Assembly: GCA_963755715.1 (NCBI GenBank)
Contig: CAVWLW010000073.1
Coordinates: forward strand, 97,152 to 161,151
Source: an uncultured delta proteobacterium
GTDB lineage: Bacteria; Desulfobacterota; Binatia; UBA9968
Reading direction: 5' to 3'
DNA: 64,000 bases
Shown: positions 53,080 to 63,982 of the stretch, one piece after another
How positions within the stretch are numbered: the stretch's first letter is position 1
Layout: each line of letters begins with the position of its first letter
Translations under genes and position numbers: made by a program
The notes under the pieces: generated by a model
Databases searched by the model: none
Told to the model about the DNA's origin: nothing
Seen by the model: the letters and a program-made list of their open reading frames with translations, nothing else

Positions 53080-55595
53080 TCCACCGGACAGGGCTTCGCA
53101 TTCCAGATCTCTGCCGCATACTCGGCGATACGTGCGGTCGCTGGAGAATTTCCCTGAACCGGCCACATTTAAAATCGCCTTACGCATCCAGCCCTCAGTG
53201 TCATTATACAACTCGCGCAGGCGCTGGTCCGCCTCGAGATAGGACCTGAGATCCGCCAAGTGCATATAGTAGTCGCCGCGCGCCAGTAGCGCGTCGCGCA
53301 GCGGACCGAAGACGCCTGGCTCATAGCGGCTGAAGTAGTTGGAGAAGATCAGGTCCAACGCCGCGCGGGTCTCCGGTTCGTTGTCATAGTGCCATTGCGG
53401 GCTGTACCAGCCACGGCTGGCCGTCACCTGTTCCGCAGTGAGGCCAAACAGGAAAAAATTTTCTGCGCCGGCTTCTTCGGCCATTTCGATCGTCGCGCCG
53501 TCGCGCGTGCCGATCGTCAGCGCGCCGTTCATCATGAACTTCATGTTGCTCGTGCCGCTGGCTTCGTAGCCGGCGGTTGAGATCTGGTTGGAGACGTCGC
53601 TGGCGGGGATCAGCCGCTCCGCGAGCGAAACGCAGTATTCCGGCAGGAACAAAACCTTGAGCCGGCCGCGCATGGCCGGATCGCCATCGATGGTGCCGGC
53701 GAGGTTGTTGATGAACTTTATGATGACCTTGGCGAGCTGATAGGCGGGCGCCGCCTTGCCGGAAAAGAAGAAACGTCCGCGGCGTCATATCAAGGTTCGG
53801 GTTCTCGCGCAGACGATTGTACAGCACCACGACGCGCAATGCGTTGAGCAGCTGTCGCTTGTATTCGTGGATGCGCTTAATCTGGCAATCGAAGATGCTA
53901 TCCGGGTCCACCGTCTCGCCGGAGGTGCGCTTGAGCCAATCGACAAATTTTGTCTTGGCCTCGCGCTTGGCCTTGCGAAAATCGTCGCGCAAAGCTCGGT
54001 CTTCAGCTAGCGGCTTCAATTTTCTTAATTGGCTGAGGTCGGTCATCCAGCCGTCACCGATGGCGGCGGTGATCGTGCGCGCGAGCGCCGGGTTGGCCAT
54101 CAGCAGCCAGCGGCGTGGGGTGACGCCGTTGGTCTTGTTGCTGAAGCGCTCGGGATAGATTTCAGCCAGATCTTTGACCGTCGTCGCGCGCAGCAGGCGC
54201 GAGTGTATGGCGGCGACTCCGTTCGTGCTGTGCGAGCCGACGATCGCCAGATTGGCCATGCGAATCTTGCGCTGGGCGCCCTCCTCGACGAGGCTGACGC
54301 GCTGAACGCGACCTTCGTCGCCCAAGAAGCGGTGCCGAACCGTATCGAGGAAGCGCCGATTAATCTCCAAGATAATCTGCAACTGACGCGGCAGCATGAT
54401 CTCAAACCACGCGAGCGGCCATTTCTCGAGAGCTTCGGGGAGCAAAGTGTGATTGGTGTATCCCAGAGTCTTTTGCGTAAGGTCCCAGGCTTCGTCCCAT
54501 CCGAGGTGCGCGTCATCGAGGAGGATCCGCATCAACTCGGGGACCGCCAGCGCCGGATGAGTATCGTTGAGCTGGATGGCGACTTTGCCGGGAAGCGCGC
54601 TCCAGTCGGCGTTGCTCGCCTGGAAGCGCCGCACGAGATCCGCCAGGGAACAGGCGACCAGAAAATACTCCTGCATGAAACGCAATCCCTGCCCCTGGCT
54701 CGTCGAGTCGTCGGGATATAAGACCCGCGTCAGCGATTCGGCCTCGAGCGTCTCGGCCAGCGCGCCGACGAAATCGCCGCTGCTGAATTCCTGAAAGTTG
54801 AAGTAATCATGTGCGGCCGCAGCCCAGAGCCGGAGCGTATTGATAGTCTTGCCGCCGTAACCCACGACGGGACGATCGAAGGGAATGCCGATCAGACTGG
54901 ATGGCTGGCCGATGATCGCGCGCAAGTTACCACCGCGCATTTCAAACGAGCAGTTGAGTTTCACTTCCACCGTTTCACAAGGACGGACAACCTCCCATGG
55001 GTCGGGTCGACGGAGCCAGTTGTCCGGGACTTCGCGTTGCCAGCCGTCCTGAATCGTCTGCTTGAAGATGCCGTATTCGTAGCGCAAGCCATAGCCCATG
55101 GCGGGAATTTGCATCGTCGCCATCGAGTCAAGGAAGCAAGCGGCAAGGCGGCCGAGCCCGCCGTTACCCAGACCCGCATCGGGTTCCTGCTCCAGCAACT
55201 CGAACCAGTCGATCTTCTCTTGCTTGACCGCTTCTTGCGCGACCGGATCGAGGAGAAGGTTGGTAACGTTGTTGGCGAGCGAGCGGCCAATAAGAAACTC
55301 CATCGAGAGATAATAGACGCGCTTGGGGTCCGCGTGCGCGTAGGCCTTCTCGGTATGAATCCAGCGCTGCGACATAATATCGCGCACCGAGCGGGCGAAG
55401 GCCTCAAAACGCTCGCGCGGGCCGGCAGCCATCAGTTCAATGACATTGTCGAAAACAAGATGGCGTTCATAAAATGCACTCGTCCGTTCCCGCGAACGGA
55501 ATCGGCCCGCAGTCGTATCGCCGGATGAGCTTCGACATATCATCGGATGCACTCGACGTTGGCGGAACTGGAATTTCCTGCGTCTCTGCTTTCAT
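53076..55595 (-). CDS. glgP: Glycogen/alpha-glucan phosphorylase, several frameshifts
   Basis: YYLSMEFLIGR; DAGLGNGGLGRLAACF; QLNDTHP; KRIHEYKRQLL; EASGTSNMKF PLP motif; FSSDRT. Confidence 0.93.
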
Positions 55596-55676
55596 CAAAG
55601 ATTCCTCTCTGAAGTTGAACTTCCGGTCAAAATGCTATGCGCCCCTCCAGTCGAACGCTCCCCTCTGATGGGAGGT

Positions 55677-55820
55677 TGTGTCGCAATGTCATCCTGAGGT
55701 CCTTCGATGTTCTCAGGATAAACTCCACCGAAGGATTTCGACTTATGCAACCTATTAATCGGGCGAGATTCTTCACTTCGTTCAGAATGACAACCCTGGC
55801 ATTTTCGTGTTTGCGACACA
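55677..55820. repeat. REP/MITE-like element with 10-bp terminal inverted repeats
   Basis: TGTGTCGCAA...TTGCGACACA enclosing GTCATCCTGAG...TTCAGAATGAC palindromes. Confidence 0.65.
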
Positions 55821-55862
55821 GTCCCCGTGGGGAGGGAAGGGTAGCGGTTAAATCCCATCGGT

Positions 55863-56459
55863 TTACGTCTCCACATGACGAATATCGTTCCACAACCGGA
55901 TCACCGGTTCGGACAAGTTGTGTTCATAGCTCAACACACTCACGCTCGCTGTGCTCAACAGGAAAAACTTGCCGGCCGCCGCGTCGAGACCGAGCCAGCG
56001 GGCGGCGAGCACCCGAAGAAAATGGCCGCTCGAAAAAAGCAACACATCGCCCTGGATCGCGCGCAACCGGCGCACGACACGATCAGCGCGCGCCCCCACC
56101 TGGCTGGGCGATTCTCCTCCGGGGCAACCGTCACGGAACAGCTGCCAGTCCGGGCGCTCCACGAGGATCTCCGCCGTGCGGCGGCCCTCATAATCTCCGT
56201 AGTTCCATTCGAGCAAATCGCGATCGATTTCGGCGACTGCCGCGAAACCGGCCAGCTCAGAAGTTCGCACAGCTCGCTGCAACGGGCTGGTGAACACTTT
56301 GGCGAAAGCCAAGCCGCTAAGCCGCTGTCCAAGCTGGCGGGCGTTACGTTCGCCGCGCTCTGTCAGCGCCAGATCAGTAAGTCCGGTGTGTTGGCCCGAT
56401 AAGCTCCACGCCGTCTCACCGTGCCGGGCCAGGTAGATAGTAGGAAACATTTCGCTCAT
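55863..56459 (-). CDS. Histidine phosphatase (phosphoglycerate mutase family)
   Basis: RHGETAWS; SPLQRA; EWNYGDYEG; GGES; SSGHFLR. Confidence 0.92.
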   Translation of the reverse strand: MSEMFPTIYLARHGETAWSLSGQHTGLTDLALTERGERNARQLGQRLSGLAFAKVFTSPLQRAVRTSELAGFAAVAEIDRDLLEWNYGDYEGRRTAEILVERPDWQLFRDGCPGGESPSQVGARADRVVRRLRAIQGDVLLFSSGHFLRVLAARWLGLDAAAGKFFLLSTASVSVLSYEHNLSEPVIRLWNDIRHVET

Positions 56460-56664
56460 CGGTTTACTCTCTCAGATATTTCGTGTTGGCCATTCGAATA
56501 ATTGTCCCGCGCTCATGATTTTGGCAGGAATCGCGACTTCATGAAATCAAGGTAATCCTGTTCTGGCATCTCTCTCCTGGCCCGCGCATAACCGACTTGT
56601 GTCAGCTCGACGCAAGGGTTAGGTCGGGACACTCTCGGTCACCGGGTCAGCCGCGTTTTCCTGC

Positions 56665-57210
56665 CTACCGTTTGGCAACGTAGAAGTAATACGTAGCTTT
56701 GTAGCCTACCCGAGCCACTTTGCCCGCCTGCGCCTGGCTACAGGGTTCGGTGGGCGCTTTGCCGCCTACGGTATGTACACGTTGGATGCTCTTGGTCTGA
56801 CTGAAGGCTCCGGTCCCCGAAGTTGATTTCGCGCTCAACAGTAACCATGGAATGGCCCCGGAGTCTGGACCCGTGTCTTGCGCCTTCACTTCACCAACCA
56901 CCTTGCTTCCATCATTCGATTCCCAGGTCGGGCCTGCATAGTGTTTGCCGATCTTGTTGCCTGCCTCATCGAACAGGTCAGCTTCCGGCGCTTTGAAGAC
57001 CCACTCGAACCGTGTCGGCACATCTTTGCTGGCGTTGCACTCGTAGATCTGCACACCGGTGGCCTGTGTCTCAAGCGATAACACTTCGGTGGCCGGGGGC
57101 CTTAGATTTTCAGGTACCAAAGGAATCGTCCCGAACCTAGACGTTGCGCAGCCCGCGACGAGCGCGACGAGTGACATCCGCGTCATTGCTATGACATCGT
57201 GCCTTTTCAT
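56665..57210 (-). CDS. DUF3455-like lipoprotein
   Basis: Lipobox VAGC; GVQIYEC; APEADL; HYAGPTW; AIPWLLL; IQRVHTVGG. Confidence 0.8.
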   Translation of the reverse strand: MKRHDVIAMTRMSLVALVAGCATSRFGTIPLVPENLRPPATEVLSLETQATGVQIYECNASKDVPTRFEWVFKAPEADLFDEAGNKIGKHYAGPTWESNDGSKVVGEVKAQDTGPDSGAIPWLLLSAKSTSGTGAFSQTKSIQRVHTVGGKAPTEPCSQAQAGKVARVGYKATYYFYVAKR

Positions 57211-57308
57211 TTGGTCCTCTTGAACGCCGAAGATTTGGTCATGGTCATGCTTAATGAGGGTACGTGATTTCGCCGGGAAGGAAACAACAAAGCATCCCCG
57301 CCCAACAG

Positions 57309-57410
57309 GCGTATTTTTGAAATGTCGCGTCGTCAATGCCAGAAATGTCGGCCTCGGTCTCCAGCTCGATTCTTGTGGTGGAAAACCCTTCGCCAACCTT
57401 TTCCAGTTTC
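57309..57410 (-). pseudogene. ~100-bp remnant of a second osmC copy
   Basis: Aligns by eye with 46561-46664 (TATTTTTGAAATGTCGCGTCGTC..ATGTCGGCCTCGGTCTCCA..TTTTCCAGTTTC). Confidence 0.8.
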
Positions 57411-57464
57411 TATTCGATTTGCTGCTGTTGTTTTGGTGGTTTCAAACTTGACCGGTTGTTTGAC

Positions 57465-58223
57465 CTACTGGGCCGTGTAACCGCCATCAACCGCAAAAAT
57501 CTGTCCGGTAGTGAACGATGCGCCGGCGGAACAGAGCCAGATCACGATGCTGGCGATCTCTTCCGGCTGGCCGACGCGGCCGATGGGAGTCGCGGATTCC
57601 AGCATTTGCTTTGCTTCAGGCGCCCTCGCCACGAAGTCGCGATACATTCGCGTCTCGATCGCCCCGGGCGCGACGGCATTGACTCGAACATTTTGTTTGG
57701 CGTATTCCAGCGCGACCGATTTGGTCAGCCCGTTGACGGCGTGTTTGCTGGCAACGTAGACCGGAACCCCGGCAGCGCCGATCAGTCCCGCAACGGAGGA
57801 GTTGTTGACGATGGCGCCGCCGCCGGTCTTCAGCATCGCCGGAATCTCGTGCTTGAGCGACAGCCAAACGCCTTTGACGTTGATGTCCATGATCTGGTCG
57901 TAACTCTCTTCGCTCTGATCAGGGAGCGGCGTCAGCAATTGCTCGACGCCGGCGTTGTTGAAGGCAAAATCGAGCCGGCCGAAGGTCGCCAGCGTTTGAT
58001 CGATCATCGCTTTGACATCGCGCGCTTTCGAAACGTCGGTTTTCACGAAGATCGCTTCGCCGCCCAAGGCTTTGATCTCGGCGATGACTTCATGACCTTC
58101 TTTCTCGCGGCGCCCGCTGACGACGACCTTCGCGCCCTGTTTGGCAAACTCGATTGCGGCGGCACGGCCGATACCGGCATTGCCGCCAGTGATCAATGCA
58201 ACTTTTCCTGTGAATTGACTCAT
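57465..58223 (-). CDS. Short-chain dehydrogenase/reductase
   Basis: TGGNAGIG; NNAG; YVASK; VNAVAPG; VDGGYTAQ. Confidence 0.93.
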   Translation of the reverse strand: MSQFTGKVALITGGNAGIGRAAAIEFAKQGAKVVVSGRREKEGHEVIAEIKALGGEAIFVKTDVSKARDVKAMIDQTLATFGRLDFAFNNAGVEQLLTPLPDQSEESYDQIMDINVKGVWLSLKHEIPAMLKTGGGAIVNNSSVAGLIGAAGVPVYVASKHAVNGLTKSVALEYAKQNVRVNAVAPGAIETRMYRDFVARAPEAKQMLESATPIGRVGQPEEIASIVIWLCSAGASFTTGQIFAVDGGYTAQ

Positions 58224-58312
58224 AGAGTGCTCCCTCCTCGAACTTTTCAGATCATTGTTGATGAGCGGCGGTTGGTGATCTTTGCCACCGGCCGCTTTGT
58301 TCTATCGCTTGA

Positions 58313-59062
58313 TCACCAGGGCAACGCCTCGCCCATATGAAAGTATCCGCCGGTCGGCCCGTCGTCCGGGAGCGTTGCCAGCCAGGCGTTTGTCTTTCCG
58401 CCTTCACTCAATTCAAGGTCGGCTGCTTCGCCACCCAACTCTGTCTTCACCCACCCGGGATGCGCAGAGTTGACTTTGATCCGCGTGTTGCGCAGCGCAT
58501 CAGCGAGATAGATCGTGAATGCGTTGATTGCCGTTTTCGAGGCTCCATAAGCAAAGTATTTGTAACCTGCCGCGCTCGAGGTCGGGTCTGCGTGTAATGT
58601 GAGGGAACCCAGTATGCTCGAGACGTTTACTATACGGCCCGACGGAGCCCGACGGATCAACGGGAGCAGAGTTTGGGTGAGCGCGAAGACACCGAAGAAA
58701 TTGACGTCGAAGGTCCTGCGTAGCAGGTCGATCGACGTAGTGCTTGTTGTGTTGGTTTTTCCCAGCTCCGAAGCCGAGCCTTCTAGCCCCACGCCGGCAT
58801 TGTTGATGAGAATGTCGAGCCTTCCATAACGCTCTTCGAAGTATCGGTAGACGGAACGATGATGCTCGTTTTTCAGCACGTCAAACTCCAGCGCGTCCGC
58901 GTCAATGCCCGAACGCTTCAGCTCTCGCGCCGCGACTTGTCCGTTATTGTAGTCACGAGCGCCGAGAACCACAGCGATACCTTTTTGGCCTAGTTCGCGC
59001 GTCGTCTCTAGTCCGATGCCGCGATTGGCTCCGGTAATAAAGGCAACCTTCTTCTTGGTCAT
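58313..59062 (-). CDS. Short-chain dehydrogenase (carbonyl-reductase-like)
   Basis: TGANRGIG; INNAG; YGASK; HPGWVKTELGG. Confidence 0.92.
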   Translation of the reverse strand: MTKKKVAFITGANRGIGLETTRELGQKGIAVVLGARDYNNGQVAARELKRSGIDADALEFDVLKNEHHRSVYRYFEERYGRLDILINNAGVGLEGSASELGKTNTTSTTSIDLLRRTFDVNFFGVFALTQTLLPLIRRAPSGRIVNVSSILGSLTLHADPTSSAAGYKYFAYGASKTAINAFTIYLADALRNTRIKVNSAHPGWVKTELGGEAADLELSEGGKTNAWLATLPDDGPTGGYFHMGEALPW

Positions 59063-59249
59063 AATATCGCTTCCTTCCCGTCGTTTTTCTCAGTGCGTTG
59101 CCGTCCGTGTTCTGGATCTACCGCCCAGATTTTCGCCATGACCCAAGACACCAGCAATGCTACTGCACTGCCGATTGAGCCCTGCTTTGATCATGTAAAG
59201 GCTAAAGCCGATCAGTTGCTCTCGCCACTTCATTTCGCTCAAACGCGAA

Positions 59250-60908
59250 CTAAGCGTCTTCCGCCAAATCTGCGAGCGCGGTGGTGAGCTTGGTGTTTTC
59301 GGAATAGTCCACCGGGCAAGTGATCACCGAGACCGTATTGGAAGCCAATGCTTCCCGTAGCGCCGGCAGGAGTTGATCGGCAGCCGTGATGCGATAGCCC
59401 TTTGCGCCAAAACTCTCGGCGTATTTGACGAAATCGGGATTGGTGAAACTCATGTGAGATGAGCGGCCCAATTCAAGCTCCATCTTCCACTTGATCAAGC
59501 CGTAGGCGCCGTCTTCCCAGATCAGGATCACGAAAGGAATCTTCTCGCGCATCGCCGTTTCGATCTCCTGCGAGCTCATCATGAATGCGCCGTCTCCCAC
59601 CACCGCCAGCACCTTGCGTTGCGGAAAGACGAGCTTCGCAGCCAATGCGCCGGGAATTGCGAAGGCCATGCTGGCCAGCCCATTTGAGATCAAACAGGTG
59701 TCAGGTTTGTAGGTTGGGTAGAGACGCGCCATCCACATCTTCGCCGCTCCCGTGTCCGCGAGAACAATATCTTCCGGCTCCATCGCAGCGCGGATGTCAG
59801 CCACGATACGTTGCGGCTTCACCGGGAAGGAGTCGTTCCGCTTGCCTTTCTCGATCTCGGTTTCGCGCAGCCGCCGCGGCGCAAAATCTTGAGTGGGAAT
59901 GCCGTATTTCTGCGACACGGCAGCACCGAGCGCATCCAGCGCGGAAGGAATGTGCCCCTCAATGCCCACTGAAATGGGATAATGCGCGTCGACTTCCGCG
60001 GGGATACGGTGAATGTGAATGATTTGCTTGTCCGCCTTGGGATTGATGCGTGTGGGAGAGAATTCCAGCAGGTCGTAACCCACCGTGATGATGACATCCG
60101 AATGTTCGAAAGCGTAATTTTGATAGTCCCGCACCATAAATCCCACAACCCCGAGGGAGTTTGGATGCTCGTCCGAGATAACTCCCTTGCCCATGAAGGT
60201 TGTCGCGACAGGGATATGCAGTTTTTCGGCGAAGCGTACCAATGCTTCAGAAGCCTGATTACGCACCGCCCCGTGTCCGGCAAGAATAACTGGATTATGT
60301 GCTGCTTTGAGCAGCGCGCTTGCTCGCGCGACCTGCGATGGCGACGGCGCGTCGTCGTGCACCACGTTGACTTCCAGCGGTCGCGCGCCTATTGGCGCGG
60401 GCGCCGCTTCTATATCTTCGGGGATTGCCAGATAGACTGCCCCGGGTCGCTCTGACTGCGATTGTTTGAATGCTTTGCGTATCAGTTCGGTAGTAGACGC
60501 CGGCGTCAACAACATGTCCGCCCATTTAGTTGCCGGCTTAAAGATGCTGACCAGATCGAGGCTCTGGTGCGACTCCTTGTGGAGACGATTGACTCCGGCC
60601 TGCGCCGAGATCGCGACCAGAGGCGCCGAATTCAGATGTCCATCGGCCACCCCGAGCAAAAGGTTGATAGCTCCCGGGCCGAGCGTGGCAGCGCAAACCC
60701 CCGCCTTACCTGTGAGGCGGCCGTAGACCTCCGCCATGAACGCAGCGCCTTGCTCGCTGCGGACGAGAATGAACCTGATCGACGAACCGCTCACGGCATC
60801 CACGATCCGGATGTTCTCCTCGCCGGGAAGGCCGAATACATATTCGACTCCCTCTTTTTCCAAACACTCAACCAAGAGTTGCGCGACAGTTTTGTCTGAT
60901 ATCAGCAT
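59250..60908 (-). CDS. Acetolactate synthase large subunit-like ThDP enzyme
   Basis: FGLPGEEN; EQGAAFMA; TLGPGAIN; GDGAFMM ThDP motif. Confidence 0.9.
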   Translation of the reverse strand: MLISDKTVAQLLVECLEKEGVEYVFGLPGEENIRIVDAVSGSSIRFILVRSEQGAAFMAEVYGRLTGKAGVCAATLGPGAINLLLGVADGHLNSAPLVAISAQAGVNRLHKESHQSLDLVSIFKPATKWADMLLTPASTTELIRKAFKQSQSERPGAVYLAIPEDIEAAPAPIGARPLEVNVVHDDAPSPSQVARASALLKAAHNPVILAGHGAVRNQASEALVRFAEKLHIPVATTFMGKGVISDEHPNSLGVVGFMVRDYQNYAFEHSDVIITVGYDLLEFSPTRINPKADKQIIHIHRIPAEVDAHYPISVGIEGHIPSALDALGAAVSQKYGIPTQDFAPRRLRETEIEKGKRNDSFPVKPQRIVADIRAAMEPEDIVLADTGAAKMWMARLYPTYKPDTCLISNGLASMAFAIPGALAAKLVFPQRKVLAVVGDGAFMMSSQEIETAMREKIPFVILIWEDGAYGLIKWKMELELGRSSHMSFTNPDFVKYAESFGAKGYRITAADQLLPALREALASNTVSVITCPVDYSENTKLTTALADLAEDA

Positions 60909-60918
60909 GTTTCCAATC

Positions 60919-61852
60919 TCAAAGTTTTGCTACGTTACTCGGGGGACCGAGGTCCGTTCCTTCTTTGAGAGGATCGCCCATCTTCTTCGTCTTCATGAGC
61001 GCGACAAAGCGCTCGGTGAACGCCGCGCGCACGGGCTCGACGACGATAAATCGCTTCGCGGCGATGCAGCTCTGGCCGGCATTGATCAGTCGCGAGTTGA
61101 CGCACGTCTGCACCGCCTGGTCGAGATCCGCGTCCTCGAGCACGACGTAGGGATCCGAACCGCCCAGTTCGAGCACCGTCTTTTTCAGCACCGCCCCCGC
61201 CTGCGAAGCGACGGCCATCCCCGCGGGCGTGCTGCCGGTGAGCGTCACTGCGCGCACCAGAGGGTGCTCGATCACCGCCCGCACCTGCGCGTTGCCGATG
61301 AGCAGTGAACGAAACGCGCCCTCAGGGAAGCCTGCCTGGTTGAAGATCTCTTCGATGACGAGCGCGCAGCCCGGCACGTTCGAGGCGTGCTTCAGCACGC
61401 CGACGTTGCCGGCCATGAGCGCAGGCGCGGCGAACCGATAAACCTGCCACAGCGGAAAATTCCACGGCATGATCGCCAGCACGACGCCGAGCGGCTCGAA
61501 TGCGACATAGGATTTGGCGCCTTCCGTCTTGATGATGTCCGGCGCCAAGTGCGCTTCTGCGTTGTCGGCGTAGTAGTCGCACGCCCAGGCGCACTTCTCG
61601 ACTTCCGCGGCGCCCTGCATGAGCGGTTTGCCCATCTCCACGGCCATAAGCTTTGCGAGCTCGTCTTTGCGCTTGCGCAGCATCTCGGCAGTCTTCTTCA
61701 TCGGCTTGACCCGCTCGGCGAACGGACGTTGTTCGCCATGTCCGCCAGGTCTCGTGCGCCTGCGCGACAGCAGCCGCGGTCTGTTCGGGGGTCGTTTCGT
61801 CGTAGCTCTTGATCGTCTTGCCGGTGGCCGGATTGATTGATGTGATTGCCAT
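60919..61852 (-). pseudogene. NAD(P)-dependent succinate-semialdehyde dehydrogenase-like ALDH, C-terminally truncated, frameshift near 61720
   Basis: SINPATG; IMPWNFP; LTGSTPAG; LELGGSDP; AGQSCIAAKR; stops just after GTDLGP and lacks the EExFGP C-terminal part. Confidence 0.8.
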
Positions 61853-62340
61853 AATTCACCTCAGTCTTTTTGATTTTAGTTTAGAACAAAGATTGAGCGA
61901 ATCCATATCAACTGCTGCTGGAAACCCTGCCTCCGGTTAAATCGAATTTCATGGCTTTCGCCTTTTCGATTTCCATATTGAAGTCACGCCACTGATGCGA
62001 ACGCCATCGAAGGACAGACGAATAGCGGATTCAACCCCACGCGAGAGAACGACGCGATGCAACCGCTGCGGCAGCCGCACTCGCTGCAGCGGAGGCGACG
62101 AAGCTGCGCAGTTTGATCATGCGATCTAGCGCTGGTCTTCTCTTAGAACGTACTTAGCCTGATGCGTCAGCCGGTCACTGTTTCAAAGATAGTTTGGCCA
62201 TGCTTGTGCCAAACTACAGCGGCGCCAGAAAGCATCTATAAATTGCGCAAATCTAATCTCGGTTTCGCAGCGGGATCTCGTCGCGGCACTCGCTCCTCCA
62301 TCACCTGTCATGCCATTTGTGATCAAGTGATAGGAATTTG

Positions 62341-62868
62341 CTATGGCGCCATCCGCTTCAGGAGTCCGTCCCGCACGATCAGCGTGTGAAACAAGATCGC
62401 CCCAAAGTGAGCGATGAACGTCAGGAAAAAGAGGTATGCAAGGAGGGTGTGCGCCGTCCGCAAAAGCGCATACAGCATAGCATCATGCGGCAGGATGAAA
62501 GGCAGATGCACGGCGCCAAAAAGGACAATCGGATAGCGCGCGGCCGACAGCATTCCCCAGCCGACCAGCGGGAGAACGAACATCAAACCATACATCGTGA
62601 ATTCCGACGCCGTTGCCATCAGACCCTCCATGTGTGACATCGTGGCCGGAAAAGGCGGCGGCGGATTCAAGAGCCGGTTCACGAAGCGAACGACGACCAG
62701 GATCAGAATCGTGATGCCCAGCGGGCGATGGATCGATACGAGCACATGGTAGTTGTTCAACGAAGCGACCATGGCAACGCCGATGCAAAGCATGGTCAAG
62801 ATCATCGCGGCCATCGTCCAGTGCAGCAGCCGCGAGAAGGCGGTGAATTGAAGGCGTTGGGTTGCCAT
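62341..62868 (-). CDS. Cytochrome b561-family membrane protein
   Basis: RLLHWTMA; HRPLGITIL; PLVGW; AHTLLAY; AHFGAILFH. Confidence 0.9.
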   Translation of the reverse strand: MATQRLQFTAFSRLLHWTMAAMILTMLCIGVAMVASLNNYHVLVSIHRPLGITILILVVVRFVNRLLNPPPPFPATMSHMEGLMATASEFTMYGLMFVLPLVGWGMLSAARYPIVLFGAVHLPFILPHDAMLYALLRTAHTLLAYLFFLTFIAHFGAILFHTLIVRDGLLKRMAP

Positions 62869-62870
62869 TC

Positions 62871-63982
62871 TCAGCCTCCTTTACCCACGTCGGCTGACGT
62901 GATCGCGCTCGGCTGCTTCGTTTCGCCGGCACGCCTTCTGAACGACTGCGCGTACACCGCTGAGCGAGCACTCAGTAAAGGATCGTCGGATGGCTTGATA
63001 CCCGCGGGCAGCACCAAGGGGTCGAAGTTGATATCCGTCGCGGCGCTGGTCTCATCGCTTTCCACTCGATCAAGCGTCAAGGTTCCCACATCGACCTGTT
63101 GGCGCTCCGCTGGCCAGGCGATGCTGGCGTCGTTGGTGGGATCGCCCGGTTGCCCAATGATGACGACGAGGCGCCATTGCAGCGGTTGGCGATGGATCGC
63201 GGCGATCAGCGCGTCAAAGAGATAATTCTTGTCTTGAGGTGCCGAACCGGTGCCTGCCACCTCGAACGGCTGTATCGGCGTCATCAGCCAGCGTACCGGG
63301 ATGGAATCGCCCGCCGAATTGATGAAGCGAAACGCATTGAGACCATGGAACGTGCTGTTGCCAAACCCGGATGAGACCGGCTGGCCCTTGATGACCGTCA
63401 GCGCCTTTCACGGTTTCAGGATGGCGTGCGAAAAACGCCTCCATCTTGGCTGGATCAGGCTTGCTCGTGGCGGCGTCGGGCTTGGACGCGATCAACAGCT
63501 CGTAAAATGCCTCGGGCATACGTACCGGAAACACCGGCAGACTGACCATCGCGGTTCGCCATACTTCACCATCGGGAAGGGAAAACTGAAGTCCCAGGCC
63601 GCGCACGGCATCCGGCCGGTCGGCAACATAGGGCTGTCCTCCTCCGAAGGAGAAGCGACCGATCACAGGCACGCGTCCCGGTCGAAAGACGACTGCCCGC
63701 GAAAGACGGACTCCATTTCCATTGCTTTCAAAGAACCCCGAAACACCCACTCCCTTGGCATGATTGCGACGGAAGCCAGGGTGAACCCCATCGACGTACT
63801 CGAAAACGTCGGTGAACCGGGCGGGGGTCAGATCGTTCGGAGTCAACCAGCCGCCGAAATAGGCGAACGTTCCGGCGACCACCGCAAGTGCGACGCCGAT
63901 CAATGCGAATCTTGCCAGCGTGCTGGCTTTGCCAAGGCGCAAGCCGCATGGCTTCTGCTGGGGCTCCAGGGACTTTCGACAT
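62871..63982 (-). CDS. Catalase-related peroxidase (SrpA-like), frameshifts near 63945 and 63408
   Basis: N-terminal TM; GFRRNHAKG; GRFS; INFDPLVLPAGI.PSDDPLLSARSAVYAQSF. Confidence 0.88.

Noticed and set aside
56665-57396. 243-aa extended version of the DUF3455-like gene
   Set aside because: The extension runs through the osmC remnant; the RBS and lipoprotein signal indicate a start at 57210.
768-63945. Numerous single-base frameshifts (fdnG, mdtB, mdtC, kinases, nodW-like regulator, RND permease, dedA, SYLF, glgP, srpA) as programmed frameshifting or mass pseudogenisation
   Set aside because: They occur in unrelated genes, often at short homopolymers, with otherwise conserved flanks and no slippery-site or hairpin pattern. 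Long-read indel error is the simplest explanation; polishing would decide.
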